A stretch of DNA of 63,974 bases, the filler included, from Squatina squatina (Eukaryota): assembly GCA_031763465.1 (NCBI GenBank). It is 4 parts of 4 records of this genome, joined end to end, with 100 filler letters (N's around TTAATTAATTAA, not from the genome) between each part and the next. Parts side by side here need not be neighbours in the genome. Positions count along the whole stretch, not along the records: positions 1 to 17,761 come from JARFOE010000194.1; 3 more parts are not named here. The stretch is one strand, 5' to 3'. A model generated the notes under the pieces. That model worked only from the letters and a program-made list of their open reading frames with translations, was not told where the DNA came from and did no database searches. Position 1 is the stretch's first letter, and each line of letters starts with the position of its first letter. Below, one piece after another: positions 1 to 12,848 of the stretch. Both the position numbers and the translations under genes were made by a program.

Positions 1-150
1 CTCAATTGTAAAACAACCGCTATGAAAAGTCAAAATAAGAATGCAGCGGTCCAAGAAAGCGGCTCATCACCACCTTCTCAAGGGCAACGAGGGATGGGCA
101 ATAAATGCTGGCCTTCCAGCGACGCCCACATCCCAGGAACGAATAAAAAA
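1..150 (+). mobile_element. 3' tail of a retroelement (SINE/LINE tail, same family as 35092-35490)
   Basis: caccaccttctcaagggcaa...gggatgggcaataaatgctggcc...gaataaaaaaa matches the end of the copy at 35400-35490. Confidence 0.7.
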
Positions 151-229
151 ACCCACAATGCACAAACCCGAGGGGAGTGGAGTTCCAGCATTTGTTTCAC
201 TTGCACTCTAATGATAGGATTTTTGTATC

Positions 230-900
230 AATGAAATAAAATTCCCCATTCCAAGCACAGCCATGAGCAAGAATTGTTTACTATTGATTTTGGCGTGTTT
301 AATTAAAACTATAAAGCAGAGCACTGTAATGGGACTATGCACTTAATTGGATATTTATTATCTGATAGAATAGAGGACGGAAAGAGAACCTTGTTGAAAA
401 TGTAAGGCTTTTTTTATACCATAAAAATACAAAGCCTAATGGAAGCACAATTGGTAGATAGGGAGAAATCCTGACTCTTGCATCTTAGAGGTGACAAGTG
501 CTGTGGAAATGCAATTTACAGAAAGTGATGTATTTTATTGTATATAGATGACCACAGTGCTTTTTTATTTACAGATTTTGAGTATTTGCTGTTGGAATGA
601 CATATTGTGTAATCAATCAGGTTTTCATTGTTCACAGCTGGCGTTCAGCATGTATTATATAAAGAGTATTGTTCTATCTTTTAATATTTTGTAAAATTGC
701 AGTTTCTATCAAGTCATCGAATTCTGGAGCACCCAGTTCCACTTATATGGCCAAAAGATCTTCCGATGTCTGTATATAATTTGCGCAATATATTTTGCAT
801 GTGTGGCCTATTGATGTTATCTAAGCCATTGTATATAGTGTATATTATGTAGAAATCACTTTTATTGTAACATCAATAATAAAGCCATGTTATTTGCAAA
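230..900 (+). other. Probable 3' UTR end of a plus-strand gene, possibly LRCH1 by synteny
   Basis: AT-rich, repeat-free, many TGTA motifs, AATAAA at 878-883 followed by a GT/T-rich tract. It converges on ESD as LRCH1 does in human. No coding exon is seen, so the identity is inference only. Confidence 0.3.
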
Positions 901-1214
901 TGTTCTGTCTTCTGGCACAATATATTTCTTGCTTTTCCAATCACAAAGCTGGAAAAATGTCCCTTGAGAACTGAGGGCCAAGGGCATGAGTGTAATTTGT
1001 CACACCGTGCTGTGGTGCCCCACATGGCATCGCACGGAAACCAAATGACTTGAAGTGACTAGTTTTACCATCTTTAGAAGGCACTGGTTGGTGATAACTT
1101 TGTTGCACTTTTCTGGAATCTACCGTGTCCCAAGGTGCTGCCCTTTATATTTCTTTACAAAATGAACCCCAAAGCGTAGCTGGCAGTTACTGCACAAAAC
1201 TATTAACCAAACTT

Positions 1215-1305
1215 GGAAGGGGCCATCGACCTGAAATGCTAACTGGTTCTCTCTCCACAGATTCTTCCTGACCCGCTGTGTGTTTCCCAGCATTTTCTGT
1301 TTTTA
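1215..1305 (+). repeat. Short interspersed repeat (possibly the end of a Penelope-like element)
   Basis: catcgacctgaaa...ctctccacagat...ctgacc...cagcattttctgttttta recurs at 43250-43346 (+) and about 20375-20440 (-). Confidence 0.55.
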
Positions 1306-1637
1306 ACCAATATCCTTTGTTGTTCATGTGCAAATTAAATGATCAATAAATATTGATAAAATGTTTAAAAAAAAAAGTCCATCTCTAATGAACACAGCAG
1401 GGGAGTTTGTCTGATTCTCCATGTTGCACTTGGGAGCCAGTGCAGTGTGTGGACACCAGTGATGCTGATCGTGAGGTTCCAACTGACCAGATTTTAACCA
1501 GGTGGCACCCTTCCCCTCAGTCTCACTCAGCTATATCTGCAGAAGTCTCCTGCTGATGCCCTTCTTGTCATTTATTTTTCAATGTGTGGTAATGGGCAAA
1601 AACTACTCCGGTCGATTACATCTAGAGATCATTTGAA

Positions 1638-1960
1638 ACATAGAAAATAGTTGCAGGGGCAGGCCATTCGGCCCTTCGAGCCTGCACCGCCATTCAATAT
1701 GATCATGGCTGATCATGCAACTCAGTAACCCGTACCTNNNNNNNNNNNNNNNNNNNNNNNNNNNNNNNNNNNNNNNNNNNNNNNNNNNNNNNNNNNNNNN
1801 NNNNNNNNNNNNNNNNNNNNNNNNNNNNNNNNNNNNNAGTTCCTCCCTCTCACTAACTCCGTGATTCCCTCACATTTCTAGGAGGTTATTTGTGTCCTCC
1901 CTTGTGAAGACAGAATCAAAGTATTTGGTCAATTGGTCTGCCATTTCTTGTTTCAGGCCT
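1638..1960 (-). mobile_element. CR1-type LINE fragments on both sides of a gap
   Basis: Reverse-complement CR1 tail (catagaaaatag...ggccattcggcccttcgagcc) and ORF2-like peptide EMADQLTKYFDSVFTREDT. Confidence 0.75.
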
Positions 1961-2359
1961 TTCGTCAGAATGCAGATATTATTGAGCTGAATGCCTTTTG
2001 TTGTTAGCTGGCTATCACTTGCTCTTGGGAAGACCAAATTTTTGGTTGGCACTGGAGTATTGTGAGATCAGGTTCACCATGGCACGTGGGACTCAAAGAA
2101 CTGCCGCAGCTGGCACTGCCCTGGCTATAGGCGCCTGTATGGAGCAGTCCTGATACACGAGAGATCAAAAACCCATGTAGAACAATTGTTTGCCACTTTG
2201 AGATACATATCACAACACCTCTCAGGTAAAGCTCTAAAAACCTGGAGTATTAAATAAATAAACCAGCCTGATCCTTCTGTAAGGAGGCTAGTATATTTCA
2301 TGCAGAATTAGCAGGAGCTGGTTAGAAACAGAATTTACATTGAATCAAAAACTAGATTC

Positions 2360-2530
2360 GTGACAGTCCACAAACAAATGAAAGTGAGATGGATAGATTT
2401 TTGTTGGGTAAGGGTATCAAGGAATATGGAGCAAAGGAGGGTAAATGGAGATGAGGTACAGATCAGCCATGGTGCAACAGAATGGCGGAACAGGCTCGAT
2501 GGGCTGAATGGCCTACTCCTGCTCTTATGT
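2360..2530 (+). mobile_element. CR1-type LINE 3' end
   Basis: gatagatttttg...gatcagccatg...gggctgaatggcctactcctgctc tail shared with other copies in the window. Confidence 0.75.
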
Positions 2531-2786
2531 TACTTACATTCAACAGTCACGCCACTCTGTGACAGACCAGAAGGAGGTATGCCTCAGTCTGAACAGCCTA
2601 ACCATCAGCTACCAGCACAGCTGAGAACGTTGAAAAGCTATCCAGTGTGGTCTGAATGTGTAACCAACACTGGTTAGCAGTAGTCTTGATTAACCAGCCA
2701 GCTTCAACAGAAATATTCTCTTCATTTCAAAGTTAAGCAGAAATTACTTTCTCAATTTTGAAAAATGCAGTCACTGATCAGAGTAC

Positions 2787-2911
2787 CTCCTCTGTAATGT
2801 ATGTGTGCATCCTGTAGTTCGACTTCCAAGGCTCCTCTGTGGCATTTACGTAAAACCCAGCCCCTGTACCAAAGTCCCAGCTATCGTCCTCACCTTGAAT
2901 ATTGCAGCCAC
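2787..2911 (-). CDS. ESD: Esterase D / S-formylglutathione hydrolase, internal exon (125 nt)
   Basis: ttccag|GT GGC TGC...GAG GAG|gtac encodes (R)[41 protein letters not shown], the ESD WDFG-GAGFY signature. Phase fits the upstream exon. Not in the ORF track. Confidence 0.95.
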
Positions 2912-3269
2912 CTGGAACGACAACACACATAGGTGACCCACAAAGCCACGCAGAACCTGAAGTGGATCAGATGAACTGTATATGTGGCTACTGCTTTTAC
3001 CTCCAACAACATAGCTATTGGCAAAAGCGATTCTTGATATTCAATTTACCATAATTGGCAGAAACTTTTACCCTGGTACTTTTTTTTTTTAAGTTCACAA
3101 TCACTTCCTTTTGCATTTGGAAGCCTATTAACTGTAGCATCTAAATCGACTTAAAACAGCTCAATTTAAGCAAAACTTTACAACTATTCTCATTACTTGA
3201 ACTGTATCCTAATTTTGGGTGGACACACAGAATTGAATGGAATGATTTGAAAGTTAATAAATTACTCAC

Positions 3270-3368
3270 GAGGACTGGTGTCTGGGGCCACGATGACAAT
3301 GCCATGTTCAGCTGCTGCTTGTTGGCTAGCTGCTTTGGTTATGAAGTTTTGTTCTGTGCATGTTAATC
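3270..3368 (-). CDS. ESD: Esterase D internal exon (99 nt)
   Basis: cctgtag|GA TTA ACA TGC...CCT C|gtgagt encodes [33 protein letters not shown](R). Confidence 0.95.
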
Positions 3369-3484
3369 CTACAGGAAACCAAGAAAGGATGCAGCTTAGA
3401 AGACTGAATTTTCACATTCGTTTGTACTTCAAGAAATACCGCAGTACATTTTGGGAAAATCAGTGAAAGAAAGTATCTCGAAAC

Positions 3485-3565
3485 AGCAAGACTCCTCGGG
3501 ACTTGAACCCACTGCCTCCTAACTCAGAGGCAAATGTGCTACCTAATGAGCTACGGCTGACACCG
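3485..3565 (-). mobile_element. tRNA-like head of a SacSINE1-type SINE
   Basis: Reverse complement reads gtgtcagccgtagctcattaggtagcac...gggttcaagtcccg (A and B boxes). Confidence 0.6.
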
Positions 3566-4786
3566 TGATTGAGTCACAAGTTGGCATGGGGAAACCTGCT
3601 CAACTTTCCAACCCTCAAAGATACTCCTGACCTCCGCTCTGCAACGCCCCAAAATATGGAGGATTCACTAATAATGCTAGTCAAGGATACCAACAACTTT
3701 CTTCCATGATTCCCAAATTGGGTCTTTGCATTCTCTTTGGCATCACGCACATTCGCAGCCACCCCAAGAGGAGGTGGGCTGAAGAAAGTACATAATGTAC
3801 CTTGAGATAAATTACGTAAACATAAATACTAAATACATTCAAAAGCGGTGATATCTCGTTTCAGGTCAGATATTCTACAGGATGTCCACATACATTTAAG
3901 AAGAATATTTTAATCGATTCGAGTTATTCCTTGAGGGTGGTGGTGACTCTTGCTTCAATCTAGTGATGGAAAAGGGAACATTCTTTGATTTTTTGCATTT
4001 AATCAATATTAAGCTCAGTGAGATCATGGTTAGTTGCTGTAGCCAGTCCTGCAGCAAGAATGCATTTAACTTAAAGTAAACTGACATTAAAGAGTTAAGC
4101 GGTTGTACTGTAAAGGCAATTTTGTGAAATTGACCAATCATGCAAAATCGACCAAGTTTCATATCATGTATCATTTTCATGTGTCGAGAAACCAAGTGGA
4201 CTTTTAAAAGGAATTTTAATACATGCTCTGGGCTGAAACAGGATGCTGGAGGAAATTACTCATACAAAGACACAGACATGATTGATTGACTTTATAACTA
4301 TGCCAACCAAGGAAGTTTCTGAAGTAACAGACCATACAATGGCACATGTTTGTTTACATTCAGTTGACAGCCATGTCCAGTGTAATCTCTGTGGTCATGC
4401 TGTTAAACTCAACACGACAGATCGAAATGTTTCCAACAAGTCTGGATGACCCTTTTGAAATGTTAATAGCAAACTGGTTGCTGGAATACAGACATTCACC
4501 AACCTTTCAAACTGATGATAAGGACGGAAAAACCCACCAAACACCTTTATGTGATAATGGTTGAACAGAATGGCAGAAACATAATGGGGACATTTCCTTT
4601 TGTAATAAGTAACACTACAAGATTTAGATGGTACAATCAAAAGATTGCTTCAATCTGTGGTCACGGGTGTTGATCTTTTTTATTATANNNNNNNNNNNNN
4701 NNNNNNNNNNNNNNNNNNNNNNNNNNNNNNNNNNNNNNNNNNNNNNNNNNNNNNNNNNNNNNNNNNNNNNNNNNNNNNNNNNNNNN

Positions 4787-5333
4787 NGAAGGGCAGCCAT
4801 CACTGCTGCCCTGTAGACCATGAGCTTGGTGCCGGGTTTGAGGTCTTTATCTTCAAACACTCTCTTTCTCAAGCGGCCGAAGGTTGTGCTGGCACACTGG
4901 AGGCGGTGTTGGATTTCGTCATCTATGTCTGCCCTTGCTGACAGAGGCTCCCAAGGTATGGAAAGTGGTCTACGTTGTCCAGGGGCTCGCCATGGATCTT
5001 GCTAGTCAGGAGGCAGTGTTGTGCAGCTGGGGCAGGCTGGTGTAGGACCTTTGTCTTGCAGATATTTAGTGTGAGGCCCATTCTCTCGTACGCCTCAGTG
5101 AATAAATCGACGATGGATTGGAGCTCAGCCTCCGACTTTGCACACACGCAAGCATCATCTGCGTATTGCAGTTCGATGATAGAGGTTGGGGCGTTCTTGA
5201 TTCTGGAAGTCACTTGCCATGCCCGGCGGAGGTTGAACAGTTTTTCACTCGTCCTGTAGATCAGCTCCATTCTAGCGGGGAGCTTCATGGAGATGGGATG
5301 GGGTGTTGCAGCAAGGAAGATGGAGAAGAGCAC
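4787..5333 (-). mobile_element. RTE-clade LINE reverse transcriptase fragment, frameshifted
   Basis: LFSIFLAA...KLFNLRR...ELQYADDACV...GLTLNICKTKV...VDHFPYLGS, continuing in another frame as RKRVFEDKDLKPGTKLMVYRA. Confidence 0.9.
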
Positions 5334-5475
5334 AGCGCAGTCAAGACCATCTACGGCTCAAACATCCAAGGACCTANNNNNNNNNNNNNNNNNNNNNNNN
5401 NNNNNNNNNNNNNNNNNNNNNNNNNNNNNNNNNNNNNNNNNNNNNNNNNNNNNNNNNNNNNNNNNNNNNNNNNNN

Positions 5476-5671
5476 NCACTTTAAGGATCCTGGCTAAAAG
5501 CACCCCCTGATTGATGTCACGGGATCCGCTCCATCTAATTGGGCCAGGTAATGCGCTGGGTGGACTAAGGTAAGTTCATTTTGTACAGCGGGATGGAGCT
5601 AGCAGGGGAGTCAGGACCTGCCACGGACACCAGCTGCACCAGACCCGCAAAGGTAAAGGAAATTCCGGCCA
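5476..5671. mobile_element. GC-rich non-autonomous DNA transposon fragment
   Basis: CpG-rich tract ending ggaaattccggcc, resembling the AATTT..CC termini of the MITEs elsewhere. Confidence 0.4.
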
Positions 5672-6172
5672 AAGTTTCTAACGTAAGAAATCTAAAATAC
5701 ATATATAAGTATGTCATCAAAGTTATTTTTTATTTCTCCACATTTCCTTGGAGGTTCAACATCTCTGAAAAGCCACGGGTTTTAATGCGATATTCTTTCC
5801 AGAGTTTATTTCTATGAGCTGAAGAAATATAACCTTTACCTACAATTCCCACTATATTATAGTCTGAACACATCCGCCCTGGTCAGTCTCCCATCATGTA
5901 ATAGTACCATTTCCCTCAGCTAATCTGAAACAGCTCCCTGTCTTCAAGCTATAAAAGTACTTATACATTTGTTTTTCCAGCGCAAGCTGAAGCGTGAACT
6001 GTAGAACTTTCTTACAGCAAGTTTTGCCAGGAAAACTGTTTGAAGTGCTTATTCCCCAGACCATTCCTAACAATTCCCCATTTTAGTGCCATTGGTTTTG
6101 GTGATGGACATGGCACCTGCCTCTGGTGGGAGCTTCATTAATAAATGCCAGTCAGTGTCCTATTATGTACAT

Positions 6173-6415
6173 ATAGGAACAAAGGAGGCCATTTAGCCCC
6201 TCAAACCTGTTCTGCCATTCCATGATATCTGTGACCTAACTCCAAATACCCACCTTTGTCCCATATCCCTTAATACCTTTGGCTAACAACAATCTATGAA
6301 TCTTAGATTTAAAATTCACAATTGACCTAGCACAAAATGCCACTTGCAGAAGAGAGTTGGAAACTTCTACTGACTTGCGTGTAAAAGTGTTTCTTAACTT
6401 CATTCCTGAAAGGTC
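6173..6415 (-). mobile_element. CR1-type LINE 3' end
   Basis: ataggaacaaaggaggccatttagcccctc...; peptide RNTFTRKSVEVSNSL...FKSKIHRLL resembles the CR1 ORF2 C-terminus. Confidence 0.75.
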
Positions 6416-6515
6416 NNNNNNNNNNNNNNNNNNNNNNNNNNNNNNNNNNNNNNNNNNNNNNNNNNNNNNNNNNNNNNNNNNNNNNNNNNNNNNNNNNNNN
6501 NNNNNNNNNNNNNNN

Positions 6516-6788
6516 ATCCTCACCGGGGACGATGGGATTTTAATTTGAGCACTGGGGTTTTGTTTAAATTGTTGTATGTGATGTGATTTGTTTATTGTTT
6601 GCACCTGTTTTACTCCGAAAGAGTAACTCGTAAGTGACGCAGCATTGGCCGGGTCACCACCGGGGCAACGCTGGCTTAGCGTTGTCACGTTACGCTGACC
6701 CGGAATGGTGACTAAGCGGTGCGGCGCACTTTCGTCTGTGGGGCCTTGAATGCTACCGCCAGTTTCGGCGCAGCCAAATTTGGGCCCC
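6516..6788. mobile_element. GC-rich MITE-like fragment about 130 nt downstream of the HTR2A stop codon
   Basis: CpG-rich, ends in ccaaatttgggcccc, similar to the other MITE termini. Confidence 0.45.
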
Positions 6789-6919
6789 GATCATGTATTG
6801 GGATCTAGTATATATAACATTGGAATATAACAGCATTTAAAGATGTGTCATGTTACTTTCTGTTTCATTAACTAGCCCGAAGAAGACATTCACTGTTCAA
6901 AATGAGTCTTAAGTTGCAG

Positions 6920-7776
6920 TCAAACATAGCTGACCCTTTCAGTGATGTAAACCGTTCCCATCCTCGATGTCTCCTGGTAGTTTTCTCCCAGTGTCTCAAC
7001 AGAATGTGCCCCGGTCCTCATTCCTGTGCAGTTTTTCAGACTCTCAGTACTGGACAGCTGCAGTTTGTCCTTGCTGGATGCCAGGGTGGGTAGAGTGCTG
7101 ACTTGAATTTGCTGAGTGGGCTTCTTCTCGTCCTTGTATTGGCAGTGAATGTACCGAGAGAAAGCCGATCGGTAGGTTTTGTTGAAAAGCGTGTACACGA
7201 GCGGGTTAATACCAGAGGAGATATACCCCACCCAGACAAATATGCTGAGGAGTTCTTCAATGAGTTCTTTATCGCACGCCTTTATGCAAATTACAGACAT
7301 TACGTTGGTCACGAAGAATGGACACCACATCACAACAAACAGGAAAAACACAATCCCAAGAACCTTCGAAGCCTTCTGCTCATTGCTGATAGACTGCATC
7401 GACCGCCTTCCTGAAGGCCCCAGCTCTTTAGTTAAGGAACACCAAGACAGTATCTGGGGAGATGTTCTTTTAATGTCAAATTTCTTTAGCATCGCCGCTT
7501 TGTCTGATGAGTTGGCCGACAACGGCCCCTTCTGAAGGAACCTCCGGAAGTTTGTCCGTTTGGGCTTGGGTTTAAACACGTCCAAGCACAAGGTGGCTTC
7601 CCGCTGCAGCACTCTGATTGTCAAAAAGTAGGTGGCCACCATTATTGTGAGGGGGATGAAGAATGCCACAAAGGACCCCACCAGCACAAAATGTTCATCT
7701 GTGAGGAAACAACTGCCATCTTTAAAAACTTTGGAGGCATCCTGAAGTCCAAAAACAGGGATTGGCATTGAAATAC
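6920..7776 (-). CDS. HTR2A: 5-hydroxytryptamine receptor 2A, last coding exon (end of TM4 to C-terminus)
   Basis: ccaag|GT ATT TCA ATG...; [67 protein letters not shown] tail RVSYV. It lies between ESD and SUCLA2 as HTR2A does. Confidence 0.93.
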
Positions 7777-9252
7777 CTTGGAGATAATTGGAAGAGAAAA
7801 GAATATGTTAAGGATGCCCAGCAATAAAAAAAACAACAGCAGGTTCAATCATAAGGCTAACGGAGGAGCTGAAACTGCGATCCCTCTGGGTCCCCTCTGG
7901 GTCAGTATGATGTTCCCACACACCAGGGGGGACCTCACAAGTTCCGAATCTCGGGCTGTACTGAGCATACCCACAGATCCGGAACTTGTGATCTGTCAAG
8001 ATTTCTCTCGACAGATCATCCACTTCTGCTGGAAAGGAGGTTTCCAGGACGGAGAGTTGTGATATTTTCTCAACTCTTGTCTGTGGAAATCTCTTTAATT
8101 TTTTACACATGGTAAAATCAAGCGTACAGGCTCGGCTTTACCAGCGTAAGAGTTTAAAAAATGTAAAAATCAAATAAATTAATGGTACATTGTTTAAAAA
8201 CCATTCCCATTAAGGTATGTTTTTAAACATTTCAAAAGATTTTGAAAACATTTCAAAAAAAATTTATTTTGTATTATTTATCTCATTTTTATTAAATTTT
8301 AATCTTACAATAGTTTTAAAAATGTTTTTTGATGTGCTTGTGCAGTTTAGTATCTCCCATTCATACTTTTACAAACCTGCCATATATGGAACAGACCTGT
8401 CAAAGCATGAATGGGAGATACTCCCACCTGATTGGTTGGGGACTCCAATGTGACCTCTTCAGTCTCGCCAAAGAACTTAGAAATGAAAGAAGAGAGTCAC
8501 ACTACGCATGCCCAACTATGGAAGCAGACAACAGCAAGTTTACGTGGCTCCTGGACCCTCCAGTAAGTTCCTAGAGATATTTGTGATTGGAGGCATCCAC
8601 ACGCAGGAAACCTCCGATCGCAAATTGAGCTCCAGTATGTTTCACATAATTGCATTTTTACATTTTGGATTTTCTGTTTTTGCTTTTTGTTGGGTGTCTT
8701 TGTTCTTTCGGTTTTCACACATCTTTTACATTTTTTTGCTTCTTTTGTTTTCCCCCCCACCTTGCGGCATTTTACCAAACTTCTTTCAAGCATCTTAATG
8801 TGTTACCAGGAGTTCTGAAATACCTCTTGTCATTTGTGAGCTTGGGGATAAGGAAGAGTTGCGGAGGAATGATCACAGGGAAGTCTGCCTGTATCTGAGG
8901 CAGGCACCATGGAACTACTGTTAGCCAAGTATGTGGATCCACATACCCAGAGCTACTTGGGCACAGTCAGACGTGATGTGCCCTTGAATTGTGCAGTATA
9001 ACTTCATTTGCATCAATAAACAGTACAATGATGGCATTATATGCAGCAAGACTGGAATTGATGCCAGAGAAATGAAGAGAATTCAACGCAATGAAGGAAT
9101 AATTTATGCAACAGCAGTTCTCACTATTCATGTTTTTCAATGTGCTTTGTTGNNNNNNNNNNNNNNNNNNNNNNNNNNNNNNNNNNNNNNNNNNNNNNNN
9201 NNNNNNNNNNNNNNNNNNNNNNNNNNNNNNNNNNNNNNNNNNNNNNNNNNNN

Positions 9253-9627
9253 CAGGACAGTGATGAGTGAGACGGGCATGACGAGGATCCCCACCAGCAT
9301 ATCTGCTATTGCCAGAGACATTAGGAAGTAGTTTGTGGCATTCTGCAGTTTTTTCTCCAGTGACACTGCCATGATAACAAGAATGTTTCCACCGATCGTC
9401 AGGATTATTATGATGATAATAAGCAGAGCTGGCCAGTTCTTCCCCTTTCTGCCGCCACAGCTTTCGTTCGGGAGGGCTTCAGGGGCGAAAGTTAGGTTAC
9501 ACGAGCCAGAATTGTTTGCGAGTCCTGTCAGGGCTCTGCGGCCGAGAGCACTGAGATTCAGCAGGAAAGGTGCAGAGGAGACCGTGGTCAGGTTAAGAGA
9601 GTTCCCTACTTCACTTAAAGAACTCAT
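9253..9627 (-). CDS. HTR2A: HTR2A first coding exon (N-terminus, TM1, TM2), 3' end lost in a gap
   Basis: Five N-glycosylation sequons, then KNWPALL...[32 protein letters not shown]. An in-frame stop at 9655-9657 bounds the ORF upstream. The TM3/DRY exon is not visible. Confidence 0.9.
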
Positions 9628-12600
9628 TCTCTGAACCTCAGCTTTCGAGACTCGTCAGCAAAATTGATCGCGTTTGAAGTGTGCCGTCGTCATAGTCAAA
9701 AGGAGCATGGGTCCTGACACCTAACGCCATTAACGTGGGCACCGAAAGCCATCACCCTTCTTCTGGTCTCTCTTGTGCAGCATGACAGACCACAACCACT
9801 CTAGTCCCGTTGCCATTCCTAGAAAACACATACTCCAGACCGAAAGAGCAGCAGCAGAACCATCCCAAGTGATTAATCTTTGCATGTATTCATTACTGGT
9901 TTCTTTCAGTAACTCCTTCCAAAGGCAGCTTTTTTTTTAAAAGCAGGGGTTGTTCCCATTGCAGTCACGGGAAAATAAACCTTATCCCAGATGGAAACTG
10001 CACTTGTAAAACCAATCCTTAAGCTCAGGCTTGTTATTTATTCTCCACTGGTAAAGCTGCTGATTCTACACCTTCCAAAGCGAAGATTATTTTCCTCTGG
10101 GTTCAAATGGTTGGTTTCCCAGCACGAAGGTTTTTCGAGTAGATGTGCTTGTTTGCCAGTTAGCAGGATCTGTCTGTGGTCTGTGTCTTTTCATTCATCC
10201 TTGAGTGCATTTGTTCGCTGTCTGCCCATCAGTTGCTCTCACCTCCCTTTGGCAGGGAATCAGCAGTGACTGCTCAATGTGGGTGGCTGCACCACAAAGT
10301 GTGGAACTTCCAGCACAGCACTTTATTCATCTCTTCCACCAGGACTTGTCTGCAGTGTTGCTCCGCCAGCAACTGAAAGGATAAATAGGATATCAGCAAT
10401 GCTTTCACTCCCTGTGATGATGTCAGTCTGCTCATACTCATTCATCAAAAAGATTAATTTCCACACAAAGCACTTCATTTAATGTCCATAAAATGTTATC
10501 ACTCAATCCGTAATAATCATACAAGGGCTACAATGAATACTTTGATTTGCAATCACCATTCACATTAGAAAGATAATTGACTGTATTACTGACAGATGTG
10601 AGCGGGAGGGGGGCGTAATCATACTTTTGACAAGTTTAGCCTATTTGGNNNNNNNNNNNNNNNNNNNNNNNNNNNNNNNNNNNNNNNNNNNNNNNNNNNN
10701 NNNNNNNNNNNNNNNNNNNNNNNNNNNNNNNNNNNNNNNNNNNNNNNNTCAAGAGGAAAGGTTCCTGAGAAAGTACAGAAGGAGAACGACCCTCCCAGCC
10801 CTCAAACCCTTGCTCTGCACACACACTGTCTGCAGTTTGTCCTTCCATGGACTCTACTGAACTTGTTCAGTCTCCTAAGGGAAGCATCCGAGCACAGGCA
10901 CTGCCAAGCAGAGGTAAAGCTTTGTTGAATTTTTCCTCTAACTTCTGCTGTAAATCTTGGTGTTCACAACTGCATAAAAAGAAGAGATTGCAGCGAGTGA
11001 ATTAAAGGCTGCAAGCTCCACTTGACAGTCAGTCAGTGGGACAACTAGTCCCATGGTTATCTCCCGTCGCACATCAGGTAGAAGCTGTTGTGTAGGTTCA
11101 ATATCTGCAGTTGACTCTCATGCACCAATGAGTCTGTAAGAATTTTAATTTGCTTCAGTGGTCTGTTGGATGAAGGTCCTCTGTGGCACTGGGCTGAGCC
11201 AAATAGAGCAGGAAGGTTTTGGGTTCAAACACTCCAGTTGGCTGATGTCAGCTAATTGGCTTCATGATTGGGACAGGTTTTCAGTAGCATTCCCAGGACA
11301 CAAAAGCAAACCTGTCGTATTCTGTTCAGTGCTGAACTTATGCCTTGATTCTGGTCTTCTAAAGCATCACATCAGACCTTGTTTTATGATGAAAATATCA
11401 CAGAAATTTATTTTACAATTGATGAACAGGCACAAAAGGAACCATGATGTAACTACACAGACTAACTCCTCGAGTGGATAACATATTTACAAGTTGCAAC
11501 TCTAAAGAACAAATTAATAACTTTCAAATACATACAGTGTTCTTCCTTTCTTTCAGGAATATCAAACCACCCGTAGGGTAGTGTCTGGTTTTTCTGAGAT
11601 TCCTGACTGTCTCCTCCCATGNNNNNNNNNNNNNNNNNNNNNNNNNNNNNNNNNNNNNNNNNNNNNNNNNNNNNNNNNNNNNNNNNNNNNNNNNNNNNNN
11701 NNNNNNNNNNNNNNNNNNNNNCAGGAATTCCTCTCCCTTGTTACCCTTTTATTACTTTTCCCCGCAGCCTAGCTTAGGATAATTGAAGTCTCCCATTATC
11801 ACTGCTCTATAACTTTTACGTCTTTCTGAGATTTATCTTCAATGGTCCAGCAGTTTTAAAAACCTGACTGTTTTTCCTCTCTGTTCTTTGCCTCTTGTAC
11901 TTGATGTGATTGCGTTGGTGGTTCTACCTGTCTTGCCAGAGAACTTGTTCAGCTGGTTATAATAGAAGCTTGAAAGCAATTATGAATTCCTCAGTTAGAT
12001 GGAGTGCTTAAATAGCTGTCATTTGATTCAAAGGGTATGAACTGTGACACATTAAAAAAATATATAAAAATACACTGCACAATTAATCTACAATCAAAAA
12101 AAGATCTTTCTGACAAGGGTTTAATTAAATACTGCATACTCTGACAAGTTAATAGAATTCAATCTTAAGAATGCATGTTCCCAAATTTAATTGCCATTAA
12201 AAAAGAAACAATTTCTCAATATAATAGAGCTTGGTGAACTAGTTTAAAAGACATTATAACAGCCTAGAAATTCATCTTGGGNNNNNNNNNNNNNNNNNNN
12301 NNNNNNNNNNNNNNNNNNNNNNNNNNNNNNNNNNNNNNNNNNNNNNNNNNNNNNNNNNNNNNNNNNNNNNNNNNNNNNNNNCGGTGAAATATTTTTCCAA
12401 TCACCTCACTGCTTCTTGTGGGAGGAAAAAAAACTTGTGCTGAATGTCACAGAGGAATGTTTGGAAATTAAATGTGCTTGCAGAGTACTTTTCCAGCAGA
12501 ACATTAAAATATATTTTTGCAAACTGCATTTTAAAAGAATGTACAAGCAATTGTACAGACAACTGTCCCACTACAAGCTTTATGACATCCCATCACCCTG

Positions 12601-12848
12601 AATCACGTCATGCTGCATAATGTACAGCTGCCTGTTCCTCCTGATTTTGGATAGGTCATTGAAGCAAAATAAACCTTTCACCCTTATCGGGACCACAAGA
12701 GCTATTTTGTGGAAACTGCAGAGAATGGATTCAGTTTTAAAAATCTATTTTAAAGGCCGTCTGGTGCACATTATTTTTCAGAGCAAGGAACAGGTTAGAA
12801 CTTCCACTTCCTGCTAATACTAGCATTTAGGGTTCCACGAGACTCTAA

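Noticed and set aside
7036-7535. Alternative-frame and antisense ORFs over the HTR2A exon (likewise over AGRN 28940-29383)
   Set aside because: Shadow ORFs of real coding exons.
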